In this document: piece by piece, positions 10,432 through 20,300 of the stretch
How positions within the stretch are numbered: the first letter of the stretch is position 1
How the letters are laid out: each line of letters starts with the position of its first letter
Origin: Nostoc sp. DedSLP01
GTDB taxonomy: Bacteria; Cyanobacteriota; Cyanobacteriia; Cyanobacteriales; Nostocaceae
Direction of reading: 5' to 3'
Assembly: GCA_034530875.2 (NCBI GenBank)
Contig: JAVRCJ020000037.1
Coordinates: 1-64,000, forward strand
Length of the DNA stretch: 64,000 nt
Made by a program: the position numbers and the translations under genes
The notes under the pieces: model-generated
The model's input: only the letters and a program-made list of their open reading frames with translations
Databases searched by the model: none
What the model was told of the DNA's origin: nothing

Positions 10432-10776
10432 AGAGAATGTTTGAAAAGTCATGATTGAGCTATAAAATATTTTTTTACTCCTCCCTAACCCTCCCCTTGT
10501 AAAGGCTACGGTGTACACACAAGTTATCGAATCACTACCAGTCCTCGAATCACCCCACCCTAACCCCTTTCTAAGGGGAGGGAACTAGATCTCTTTTTCC
10601 CCCCTTTCTAAGGGGGGATTAAGGGGGGTAAAACCCTGAGTTCACAAGCAACTCCGACTTGTGCGTACACCGTAGCCTTGTAAAGGGGAGGGAACCGAAT
10701 TTTTCTTATTTCCACCCTTTATAAGGGGGAAAAAACACAACTAAAATCACAGTCAACCACTTTTCAAACAACCTCT
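10432..10776. mobile_element. Host MITE-like element containing a nested MITE
   Basis: Imperfect inverted ends AGAGAATGTTTGAAAAGT and ACTTTTCAAACAACCTCT. Confidence 0.6.
10506..10675. mobile_element. MITE with 11-bp target duplication (IS4-like ends)
   Basis: CTACGGTGTACACACAAGT ... ACTTGTGCGTACACCGTAG flanked by CCTTGTAAAGG on both sides. Confidence 0.9.
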
Positions 10777-11018
10777 CATAGCAAAAGTCATCTACAGATA
10801 CTGAGATTTTTTCATAAATCAAAGCGGATTTTTATAGAAACTATGCAATTAAAAACTATTTTTTTAATTAATAAAAATACATTCATTATAAAACTAACAT
10901 ACAGCAATCATAAATGAGATAGGAACAAATCTATTTCCTGTTTTCTCCCACCACTAAAAGTTTGTCAATCAAATAAAATTGGTATATTTTTTCAAATTAT
11001 GCAAATAAATGTCAGATT

Positions 11019-11426
11019 TCACTCAATAATTGGGCAAATAGTTGAATGATGATTATCCGGCTTAATTTCCCAATGAGAAATCAATCCTGATAATTCTTGT
11101 CTTAAAATCAGTAATTTTTCAATTTGTTCGTCAATAGCTTTTACTTTATCTTCTAACTTAACTTTTATATGTTCGCAAGGTAATTCTCCGCCATCATGAA
11201 TATTTAAAAATTCCTTAATTTCTAACAAACTTAATCCTAAGCTTTGAGAACGTTTAATAAAGTGCAATCGCTCCAAAATATCCGAGTCAAATAATCTAAA
11301 TCCTCCTTCGGTTCTCCCTGAGGATTTTAATAAACCAAGTTCTTCATAGTAGCGAATAGTTTTAATTGGAACGCCACTTTCTTTGGCGACAACACCAATC
11401 TGTTTTGCTTGTGCTTGAGCTAACAT
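11019..11426 (-). CDS. MerR-family heavy-metal-responsive regulator
   Basis: IGVVAKESGVPIKTIRYYEELGLL...GFRLF...LGLSLLEIKE, with Cys in LPCEH and ICPII. Confidence 0.93.
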   Translation of the reverse strand: MLAQAQAKQIGVVAKESGVPIKTIRYYEELGLLKSSGRTEGGFRLFDSDILERLHFIKRSQSLGLSLLEIKEFLNIHDGGELPCEHIKVKLEDKVKAIDEQIEKLLILRQELSGLISHWEIKPDNHHSTICPIIE

Positions 11427-11465
11427 ACTTATCTAACTCTCACTTATATTATAATTACCGATTTT

Positions 11466-11497
11466 ATCCTAAACTCTCCAGTTAACTGGAGAGTCAA
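11466..11497 (-). promoter_or_regulatory. MerR-type long-spacer promoter with operator
   Basis: TTGACT-N20-TAGGAT on the minus strand with the perfect palindrome ACTCTCCAGTTAACTGGAGAGT (11473-11494). Confidence 0.85.
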
Positions 11498-11520
11498 GCA
11501 TACTGTTAGCAGAAACTAAA

Positions 11521-12765
11521 GTGAATGGAACGACGATGAACTCACAAGGATCTAAGTCGAGGCAAGAACAACAAGAGCAGGGGATGTATTCTTTGAGCCA
11601 GTCAAAAGATTGGTCGTGGCCATTCTGGGCTGCTGTGCCTTTCTATCCTTACAGCAAGCGGCGGACACTCCGCCAGGAAATAGTGAAGGAAACTATCTGG
11701 ACATTCGATCAACTTCACGGCATTCTCTACACCATTGTGCCGATTCGGATGACTGTCGTTAAGCTTGCTGCTGGAGGTTTTCTCGTCTATGCACCCGTTG
11801 CTCCCACAACTGAGTGTGTCCGTTTGGTTAATGAATTGGTGGCAAAATACGGTGAAGTTAAGTACATCATATTACCAACCAGTTCGGGTCTAGAGCATAA
11901 AGTCTTTGTTGGCCCCTTTTCGAGACGTTTTCCTCAAGCACAAGTTTTTATTGCCCCGCACCAATGGAGTTTTCCGTTCAACCTACCGCTGAGTTGGCTA
12001 GGCTTTCCCCAAAAACGGACTCAAGAACTCCCAGAGGACTCAAGTCTTGCTCCATTTGCTGATGAGTTTGACTATGCGATTTTGGACATCGACTTAGGAC
12101 GAGGATCTTTTGCAGAAGTTGCACTATTTCACAAGCGATCGCGTACTCTGCTTGTAACTGATTCTATAATTTCTCTACCAGAAGATCCGCCCCAAATTCT
12201 GCAATTAGATCCTTATCCCTTACTGTTTCATGCCAGGGACAATGCCTTAGAAGCGATGGCAGATAATGAAGACAACCGCCGCAAGGGATGGCAACGCATT
12301 TCATTGTTTGCGCTTTATTTCCGTCCCAGCGCCGTAGAAGTTACTTCAATCCTACAGATGTTTCGCGATGCTTTCAAGGCACCACAGCGATCGCGAAAAA
12401 CGTACTTTGGTTTATTTCCTTTTCGCTGGCAAGAAAACTGGAAACAAACATTCGATGTTTTACGAGGTCAGGGGCGACCATTTGTCGCACCGATTCTGCA
12501 AATTCTCATTCTTCCCCAAGCACCAAGACAAGTTTTCGACTGGGCTGATACAGTTGCAAATTGGGATTTTCAGCAGATTATTCCCTGTCATTTTGACTCG
12601 CTAATTCAGACAAATCCGCGTCAATTTCGCCAAGCATTTGCTTTCCTTGAGAAAAATCCCTCTGAAAGTCAGTCTTTATTAGAGGCAGACTTAAGATTTA
12701 TTCGGGAACTGGAAGTCAGTTTAGTGAAGCGCGGTATTGCAACGCCAGCTAAAGATAAGGTCTAA
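11521..12765 (+). CDS. DUF4336 family protein (metallo-beta-lactamase-like)
   Basis: VPIRMTVVKL, SGLEHK, TLLVTD, IIPCHF. Confidence 0.85.
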   Translation: MNGTTMNSQGSKSRQEQQEQGMYSLSQSKDWSWPFWAAVPFYPYSKRRTLRQEIVKETIWTFDQLHGILYTIVPIRMTVVKLAAGGFLVYAPVAPTTECVRLVNELVAKYGEVKYIILPTSSGLEHKVFVGPFSRRFPQAQVFIAPHQWSFPFNLPLSWLGFPQKRTQELPEDSSLAPFADEFDYAILDIDLGRGSFAEVALFHKRSRTLLVTDSIISLPEDPPQILQLDPYPLLFHARDNALEAMADNEDNRRKGWQRISLFALYFRPSAVEVTSILQMFRDAFKAPQRSRKTYFGLFPFRWQENWKQTFDVLRGQGRPFVAPILQILILPQAPRQVFDWADTVANWDFQQIIPCHFDSLIQTNPRQFRQAFAFLEKNPSESQSLLEADLRFIRELEVSLVKRGIATPAKDKV

Positions 12766-12915
12766 TTAAATTGACACAAATACCTACTCCTGAATATGGT
12801 CTGTCGCACGTGTTTGCTCTATTTACCTTTGCTAGGGAGGTGTATAAAATATTGCAAATTCTCAAGCGTATTGGTCAAGCGATCGCTTTTGTGTAAAGCT
12901 TGAGTGTTGATAAAC

Positions 12916-13125
12916 AAAGTTGCGATTTTAAGGCTTAATGTTACGACATTAAGAACAAAGATTGCGATCTTAAGGCTTAATATTACGACATTAAGAACAA
13001 AGGTTGCGATCTTAAGGCTTAATGTTACGACATTAAGAACAAAGGTTGCGATCTTAAGGCTTAATGTTACGACATTAAGAACAAAGGTTGTAATCTTAAG
13101 GCTTAATGCTACGACATTAAGAACC
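12916..13125. repeat. Five tandem 42-bp units, each containing an inverted repeat
   Basis: Consensus AAGGTTGCGATCTTAAGGCTTAATGTTACGACATTAAGAACA; no unique spacers. Confidence 0.95.
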
Positions 13126-13254
13126 AAGCTTGTAACATTGATAACTATAACTTAACAGTACTGACGGCAAATTTAATATTGCTAATGATGCAATTATGCT
13201 GCCAGACTATTTCAGCCCAGAATTTAAGGGACTTTTAGAAAAGAAATTATCCGG

Positions 13255-13409
13255 CTACGGTGTACACACAAGTTATCGAATCACTACCAGTCCTCGAATT
13301 ACCCCACCCTAACCCTCCCCTTATCAAGGGGAGGGAACTGGATTTTCCGGTTTCCCCCCTTAGAAAGGGAGGATTAAAGGGGGTAATTGGACTTGTGTAT
13401 ACACGGTAG
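13255..13409. mobile_element. MITE, same family as 10506-10675
   Basis: CTACGGTGTACACACAAGTTATCGAATCACTACCAGTCCTCGAAT is identical to the 10.5 kb copy; right end ACTTGTGTATACACGGTAG. Confidence 0.88.
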
Positions 13410-13559
13410 CCTTGGCAAAGGGGAGGGTTGGGGAGGGGTGTGGTGTACCTCATTTACTCGCAAAACGCTGTAGTAATCTAGATTGGCTCAATGCCCAGAC
13501 TTGGCATTGAGAAAAATTTCTATTATTTTGAAGTACAAACTTAACTGGAAATACCATAT

Positions 13560-16226
13560 TTGATGATTACTGATATTTTCATCTCTTATTCGCGTCGAGA
13601 TAAAGCATTTGTGAGAGCGCTCTATTCTACATTGCAGAAAATGAATCGAACTGCTTGGATTGATTGGCAGGATATTGCGCCGGCTGTAGATTGGGAGAAT
13701 AGCATTTTCAAGGGGATTGAAAATGCCAATAAGTTTATCTTTATTATTAGCGCTGATTCTGTAGATTCACGTTATTGTAATGATGAAATTAATTACGCGA
13801 TCGCACATAATAAACAATTAGTTCCTATCCTATGTCGTGAGACTGACTTAAGTAAATTGCATCCAGGAATTGCCAAGTTTCAAGTTATTTCATTCTGTGG
13901 AGAGAGTGACTTTGACACCTCATTTGCAAAGCTTCTACAAGCGATTGATACAGATTTAGAACACACTCAGTTTTATACTCGTTTAAATAGTCGATCGCAA
14001 CAGTGGGAAAAAAGCGATCGCGACCCAAGTCTTCTTTTAAGAGGTAAAGAACTTGCATCTGCCGAAAAATGGTTAACTGACAGTACTGATAAACATCCAA
14101 AGCCTACTGATTTGCATAAGGAGTATATTATTGCTAGCCAAGAATGCCAACGCCAGGAAATTTATCGCTGGCAGGCATTATATGAAGCAGCCGAGCAGCA
14201 ACGTATTTCATCTGAAAAAAATGAAATTAAAGCACTTTGCAAATCATCAACAGCTTTTGTGGCTTTACATCAGGAGTTTGACGGTTTATTAGAAGCTATA
14301 AAGGCTGGAATAAAATTTAAATATGCTAATTGGAATCAGGAAACACCTGAAATAGAAAATGAAATCATATTTGCTCTCACACAAGCAGTTTACGGAATAC
14401 AAGAATTTAATCGTCTAGAAGGGCATACTTCTATTGTCAGAAATATATGTTTCAGTCCCGAACGCCAAATAATGGCTTCATGTGATGATGACGGAGCAAT
14501 TAAATTATGGAGACTAGACGGCTCATTAATCACAATTCTGGTAGGGCATACAGCCTGTGTAAATGATATCATCTTTAGTCCTGATGGTCAGATACTAGCT
14601 TCCGCTAGTGAAGATAAAACGGTAAAGCTTTGGAAAATTGATGGTACTCTCATCAAAACCTTTAGCGAACATAATGCTGATGTTCTCGGTATAACTTTTA
14701 GTTGGGATGGTCAGGCGATCGCTTCGATTAGTGGAGATGGAATTATTAAGTTATGGCAACCAAATGGCACTTTAATTAGAAGCTTTATTGGGCATAGTAA
14801 TGGTGGGCAAGTTATTAAATTTCTTCCAGGCGATCGCTTGCTTGTTTCTGGTAGTAATTCACCCTCAGAAACTACCCTGAAATTATGGGATTGTGAGGGT
14901 AATTTGCTGCAAACCGTACAAATAAATCAAGGAATTCTAGATATTGATATTCATCCAAATGGACAGTATCTAATGATTGCAGGTGGAAGAAATGTAGAAA
15001 TTTTTGACTTCAACGGTAATTCTCTTGGTGTTGATTTCGACAAACATGAAAACCAAATCACTAGTATTTGCTTCAGCCCAAATGGTCAAGTTATAGCTGC
15101 TGGTGACTCTGATGGGACAATTAAGCTTTCAAATCTTGATGGTCTATTATTACAAACTTTACAGCAACCTGCTAGCGTGACTTGTGTCAAATTTAGCCCT
15201 AATAATAACTACCTACTCATTTCTGCTGGCGTTGATGGTGTCATCAGGTTTTGGCATTTAAATAATAAATTGTTCGATATCCTCAATGGCAAGAACAAAG
15301 AGGGTTTTATGGGAGTCAGCTTTAATCCTAATAGCCAAACTTTTGTAACTGCTTGTAATGACGGCAGCATCAAGCTTTGGAATCGAGAAGGAACCCAATT
15401 GAAAAGCTTAGATGGGCATAGCAATCAAGTACTAAAAGTACGCTACAGTTCAGATGGTAAATTTATTGCTTCCTGTAGCTCAGATAAGACAGTTAAGATT
15501 TGGAGTAGTGACGGTATCTTATTACAAACTCTTCAACATCACACTGTAGTTTTGGATATTAGTTTTGGATCTGACAGTAAAACTCTAGTATCCTCTGGAA
15601 CAAACGAAACTCTTAAGCTTTGGAAAATAAATGGCACTCTCATCAAAACCTTTAGCGAGGGAGGCGAACACTACAATTACAGCCTCAGTTTCAGTTCGGA
15701 TGGTCAAATAATTGCTGTAGGCAGAAGTGATAGAACTATTCAGCTTTGGAATAGTGATGGCACACTAATTAAAATTCTTCAAGGGCACGGTCGTGCTGTA
15801 ATGGGTTTAAGCTTTAGCCCAGATAGCCAGATACTTGCTTCAGGTAGCCGAGATAATACTGTCAAGCTTTGGAGTCGAGATGGCACGTTACTTAAAACTT
15901 TGCGAGGACATCGTAGCTTTGTATATGGTGTGACCTTTAGTCCTTGCGGTCAAGTACTTGCTTCGGCTAGTTTCGACAAAACTATCAAGCTTTGGCGGCT
16001 GGATGGTACTCTGATAGCAAATTTCTCAGGACATAGTGATGCTGCTTGGGAAGTAAGTTTTAGTCCAGACGGCCAAATCTTTGCCTCTACAGGTCGCGAT
16101 CGTAAGATTATTTTGTGGAAGTGGGATTTAGATTTAGATAGTCTACTAAGGTACGGTTGCGATTGGTTACATGATTATTTACTAGTAAACTCTGAAAAGA
16201 TTGTTCTGCTAGGGACTTCCAGATAA
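13560..16226 (+). CDS. TIR domain plus WD40 repeat protein
   Basis: DIFISYSRRD...WIDWQDI...SRYCNDEINYA (TIR), then about 14 GH...FSPDG...ASAS.DKTVKLW repeats. Confidence 0.92.
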   Translation: MMITDIFISYSRRDKAFVRALYSTLQKMNRTAWIDWQDIAPAVDWENSIFKGIENANKFIFIISADSVDSRYCNDEINYAIAHNKQLVPILCRETDLSKLHPGIAKFQVISFCGESDFDTSFAKLLQAIDTDLEHTQFYTRLNSRSQQWEKSDRDPSLLLRGKELASAEKWLTDSTDKHPKPTDLHKEYIIASQECQRQEIYRWQALYEAAEQQRISSEKNEIKALCKSSTAFVALHQEFDGLLEAIKAGIKFKYANWNQETPEIENEIIFALTQAVYGIQEFNRLEGHTSIVRNICFSPERQIMASCDDDGAIKLWRLDGSLITILVGHTACVNDIIFSPDGQILASASEDKTVKLWKIDGTLIKTFSEHNADVLGITFSWDGQAIASISGDGIIKLWQPNGTLIRSFIGHSNGGQVIKFLPGDRLLVSGSNSPSETTLKLWDCEGNLLQTVQINQGILDIDIHPNGQYLMIAGGRNVEIFDFNGNSLGVDFDKHENQITSICFSPNGQVIAAGDSDGTIKLSNLDGLLLQTLQQPASVTCVKFSPNNNYLLISAGVDGVIRFWHLNNKLFDILNGKNKEGFMGVSFNPNSQTFVTACNDGSIKLWNREGTQLKSLDGHSNQVLKVRYSSDGKFIASCSSDKTVKIWSSDGILLQTLQHHTVVLDISFGSDSKTLVSSGTNETLKLWKINGTLIKTFSEGGEHYNYSLSFSSDGQIIAVGRSDRTIQLWNSDGTLIKILQGHGRAVMGLSFSPDSQILASGSRDNTVKLWSRDGTLLKTLRGHRSFVYGVTFSPCGQVLASASFDKTIKLWRLDGTLIANFSGHSDAAWEVSFSPDGQIFASTGRDRKIILWKWDLDLDSLLRYGCDWLHDYLLVNSEKIVLLGTSR

Positions 16227-16233
16227 AGAATAA

Positions 16234-17133
16234 TCAATCGTTCTTAATCTTATTTACAAACTGTAAAATATATTCAGATATTATTTGCGGCTGTTCAATT
16301 TGGGGAGCATGACCGCAATTTTTCAGCTTGACGAGATGAGAATTTTTAATGTCTTGCTGGAATTTTTCTGCATCTCCAAGAGGCAGCATATCGTCGGTTT
16401 CTCCCCATAAAATTAGTGTTGGTTTGTCAATTTGGGAAATTCTATTTGCCAAGTTAGTATAACCGCCAGTTTTGACGTAAGAAATCAAAGCCTCATTCCA
16501 ACCAGGCATTTCTTGATGTAGCATCGCGCACTGAATAGCCAAAGGAATTTCGGGATTAAAAGTAGCTAAAATAGGGCTGAAATTGGATGCAAAAATGTGG
16601 CGTTGGCGTAAGTATTCTACAGCCAAGAAGTCAAAAGGAGGAAACAAATATTTGCTAAAGGCGGGAGCGCAAGTATAACCTAAACTATTAATTAATACTA
16701 GCGATCGCACAACTTCAGGATAAGCGAGAGTAAACTCAATTGCCGCAGCACCTCCCATTGATGCGCCCACTAATACTATCGGTTTGTCGATTAAAGTTTT
16801 CCAAAAATCGTAAAGGTGAATTTGGATTGTATCTGGGCTGTAAGTTATTTCTTTTTGCCGTTGTGTAAAGCCAAAGCCTAACAAATCTAATGCCCACGTT
16901 TCATTTTGAGCAGCAAGTAATGGCAGCAGCAGACGAAACTCTAAAATGGAACTGTCGAAGCCGTGGAGCAGTACAATTGGCGTTCCTTTGCTACCTTTGT
17001 GGATGTAGGTTGTGAAGATTGGGTCTTGGCTGAGGGAAGTTACAAGACCAATTATCTCAATACTTTGGACGAAAGCGATCGCTTTTGGATCTGTTAGTTG
17101 ACGCACTTGCGGCGGCAGAAAATCTGGAATCAT
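16234..17133 (-). CDS. Alpha/beta fold hydrolase
   Basis: LLHGFDS, DLLGFG, GASMGG nucleophile, WGETD, CGHAPQ. Confidence 0.92.
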   Translation of the reverse strand: MIPDFLPPQVRQLTDPKAIAFVQSIEIIGLVTSLSQDPIFTTYIHKGSKGTPIVLLHGFDSSILEFRLLLPLLAAQNETWALDLLGFGFTQRQKEITYSPDTIQIHLYDFWKTLIDKPIVLVGASMGGAAAIEFTLAYPEVVRSLVLINSLGYTCAPAFSKYLFPPFDFLAVEYLRQRHIFASNFSPILATFNPEIPLAIQCAMLHQEMPGWNEALISYVKTGGYTNLANRISQIDKPTLILWGETDDMLPLGDAEKFQQDIKNSHLVKLKNCGHAPQIEQPQIISEYILQFVNKIKND

Positions 17134-17362
17134 TGGTATTCACTAGAATTCTTGTAGGAAAAGGACGGATCTTTACCCTTGTCCTGTGAGTTCCGTAAAA
17201 TCTTGAAGGGAATGTGTAGTTTTACTGTAGTCGAATATTCTAGTCGTGGAGTAAGGATACAATCACTATACATATTTCTTAGTGTCATGGATAGCACATA
17301 ATTATTATTTTGTAAAAAATTTAATTGCAAATAATTACAAATTATTTTTCGAGGAGTCGTTG

Positions 17363-20300
17363 ATGAGCAAACAGCAGGTAAAGCAGTTGCAAACCACGTT
17401 GAATAAGATGGAAGTTACGCTGGATGCGATCGCTGATGCTGTAGTCTGGGTAGGAGAAAACCAACTCATTCAATGGTGCAATTCTCGTTTTGAAGTTCTA
17501 GTTAACCAAGCCCACGGTAGTGTTGGCTTGAGTTTAACTGAGTTACTACCCCTGACACAAGCTGGAGAATTAATTGATTTTTGCTGCTATCCCCACATAC
17601 AGTTACTAAATGGCGAATATCAAACAACAAATTATCACTTCCAGCAAAGCGATCGCATTTTAACATTAGAAATTTCTGGTAGCTGTCTGGGGTTGGCTGA
17701 TGAGAAATGTGCAATCTTGGTGATTCGAGATATCACAGAGATGAAACAAACTCAAGAATCTTTGCAAGAAATTAACGAGCAGTTGCAGACATTAATTAAC
17801 GCGACACCAGATATTATTTGTTTAAAAGACGGCGAGGGAAAGTGGTTGCTGTCCAACGAAGCTAACTTGGAATTTTTAGAGTTACAAGGCGTTGATTATC
17901 GAGGCAAAACTGATTCAGAACTAGCAGAATTTACCAATTTTTATCGCGATGCCTTGCTTTATTGCAGCGAAACAGACGAACAATCTTGGCAAATGGGAAC
18001 TGTGCATCGGGTAGAAGAAATTATACCCAGACCTGATGGCACAACGAGCAGTTTAGATATGATTAAAGCTCCTTTGTTTCACCAAGATGGGAGACGCAAG
18101 GCAATGCTTGTTTTGGGGCGCGATATTACAGACCGCAAGCAAACCCAAATAGCTTTAGAAAATTCTTTGTCTTTGTTAAATGCTATTTTTGAATCAATTC
18201 AAGATGGTATTTTAGTCGTAGATAGTTCCAGTAATATCGCTACTTACAACCAAAAGTTCTTAGAAATGTGGTCAATTCCACCAGAACTTTTGAGCGAACC
18301 AAATCATTCTGTACGGTTAGCGTATTTGGCAAACCAACTCAAAGACCCCGATAGCTTTGTACGCCGCGTCCGAGAACTATACCAAAAACCCGAAGTAGTT
18401 AGTCACGATTCCTTAGAATTAGCAGATGGCAGGATATTTGAGCGCTACTTCTTTCCTCAGCGCATCGGCGAACAAATTATTGGTAGAGTGTGGAGTTTCC
18501 GCGACGTTACTCAACGCCAAAGGGCAGAAGAAGCACTACGGCAAAATGAGTTGCAATACCGGAGTATTTTTGAAGCTATCAATGATGGACTATTTATTAC
18601 TGAAATAGAAACTCAAAAAGTTGCCGAAGTTAATCCTGCTGCTTACCAGATGCACGGTTATACCTACGAAGAATTTATCAGTTTGCATCCATTTGCTTAT
18701 ATTCACCCAGATTCGCATCCTATTTTCCATGAGTTTCTCGGAAAAACGCGAGCTGGCGAGCAATTTTACGGACAAGCAGTTGATATCTGTAAAGATGGCA
18801 GTTTAATAGATGTAGAAGTCAAAGGAACGAGTTGCATTTATAATGGCAAGCGCCACGTTTTAGCTATAGTGCGGGATATTACTTCTCGCAAGCGCACCCA
18901 GGAAGCCTTACGTCAAAGCGAAGCACAGTATCGAGATTTGGTGCAAACAGCCAACTGTATCATTCTGCGTTGGGATAATAACGGTGACATTATATATTTG
19001 AATGACTTCGGTCAAAGGCTGTTCGGTTTCGATTTAGATGAAATTACAGGGCGTAATGTCGTCGGGACAATTGTTCCAGAAACCGAAACATCTGGGCGGG
19101 ACTTGCAGGCGTTAATGGTGGATATTTGCGAGAACCCAGAAAAGTATATTTTTAACGAAAATGAGAATTTGTGCAAAAATGGCGATCGCGTTTGGATAGT
19201 TTGGGCAAATAAACCCATACTAGACGAACAAGGCAACTTAATCGAAATTCTATCAGTGGGCACCGATGCCACAGAACGCAAACGCACTCAAGCAGCTTTG
19301 CAAGAAAGCGAATTAAAATTCCGCAGCATCGTTGAAAATGCCAACGATTTGATATTTGTCCTCTCGGCAGAGGGAATTTTTACTTATCACTCGCCAAATG
19401 TGACTGCAATTATGGGTTACACTTTGGAGGAAATTGAAGGTCATTCGGTGGTGGAGTTCACCAAACCTGAAGATTTACCGACTAGCGCAGCTGCTTTACA
19501 AAAAGCGCTGGCTGGCGAAAAGCTAACCAATATTGAAGTGCGATTGCGACACAAAAATGGCAGCTGGCGATGGTTTAACTTTAACACTTCCACAATCATC
19601 GCTTCTAACGGTGAAATTGCGATCGCAGGTGTGGGACGCGATATTACAGAACGCAAGCAAGCCGAAGAAGCCTTGCGTCGCAGCGAAATGAAGTACCGCA
19701 ATATCTTTGAAAATTCCCAAGTGGGAATTTTTCGCACCCGTCCGCAAGATGGCTTAATTCTTGATGCTAACGATCGCGGTGCTAATATTTTAGGTTTTGC
19801 CTGTGCTTCTGAATTAATTGGTCAGTATTCCATCGCCGATTTATATGTCAACTCTAGCGAACGGGCGCTGATTTTAAAAGAGATAGAACAGTACGGCGAA
19901 GTATGCAATTTTGAACTAGAAATGCGTCGCTTGGATGGTTCTGTGGTTTGGCTATTATTGTCGCTGCGCCTCAACTCCGAAGAATCTTGTTTAGATTGCG
20001 TATTTACAGATATTAGCGATCGCAAACAGCAAGAACAAGCTTTACGCTTAATTGTTGAGGGTACGGCAGCGAAAACAGGCGATGAATTTTTCAATTCCTG
20101 CGTTCGCTATCTTGCCGAAGTCTTGCAAGTTCAATACGCTTTAGTTACACAGTTTAATGACGAGCCAAAAACTAAAGTCAAGACTTTGGCATTTTGGTGT
20201 TGCGGGGATATTGGCGAAAACTTGGAATACGATCTGCGCGGTACTCCTTGTCAGCATACCTTGCGAGGCAACTTATGTCACCATTCCCAAGGAGTGCAAG

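Noticed and set aside
12916..13125. CRISPR array
   Set aside because: The units are contiguous with no unique spacers, and there are no cas genes in the window.
13247..13453. Short ORFs at 13247, 24775, 35699 and 35967
   Set aside because: They lie within MITE sequence and show no protein-like features.
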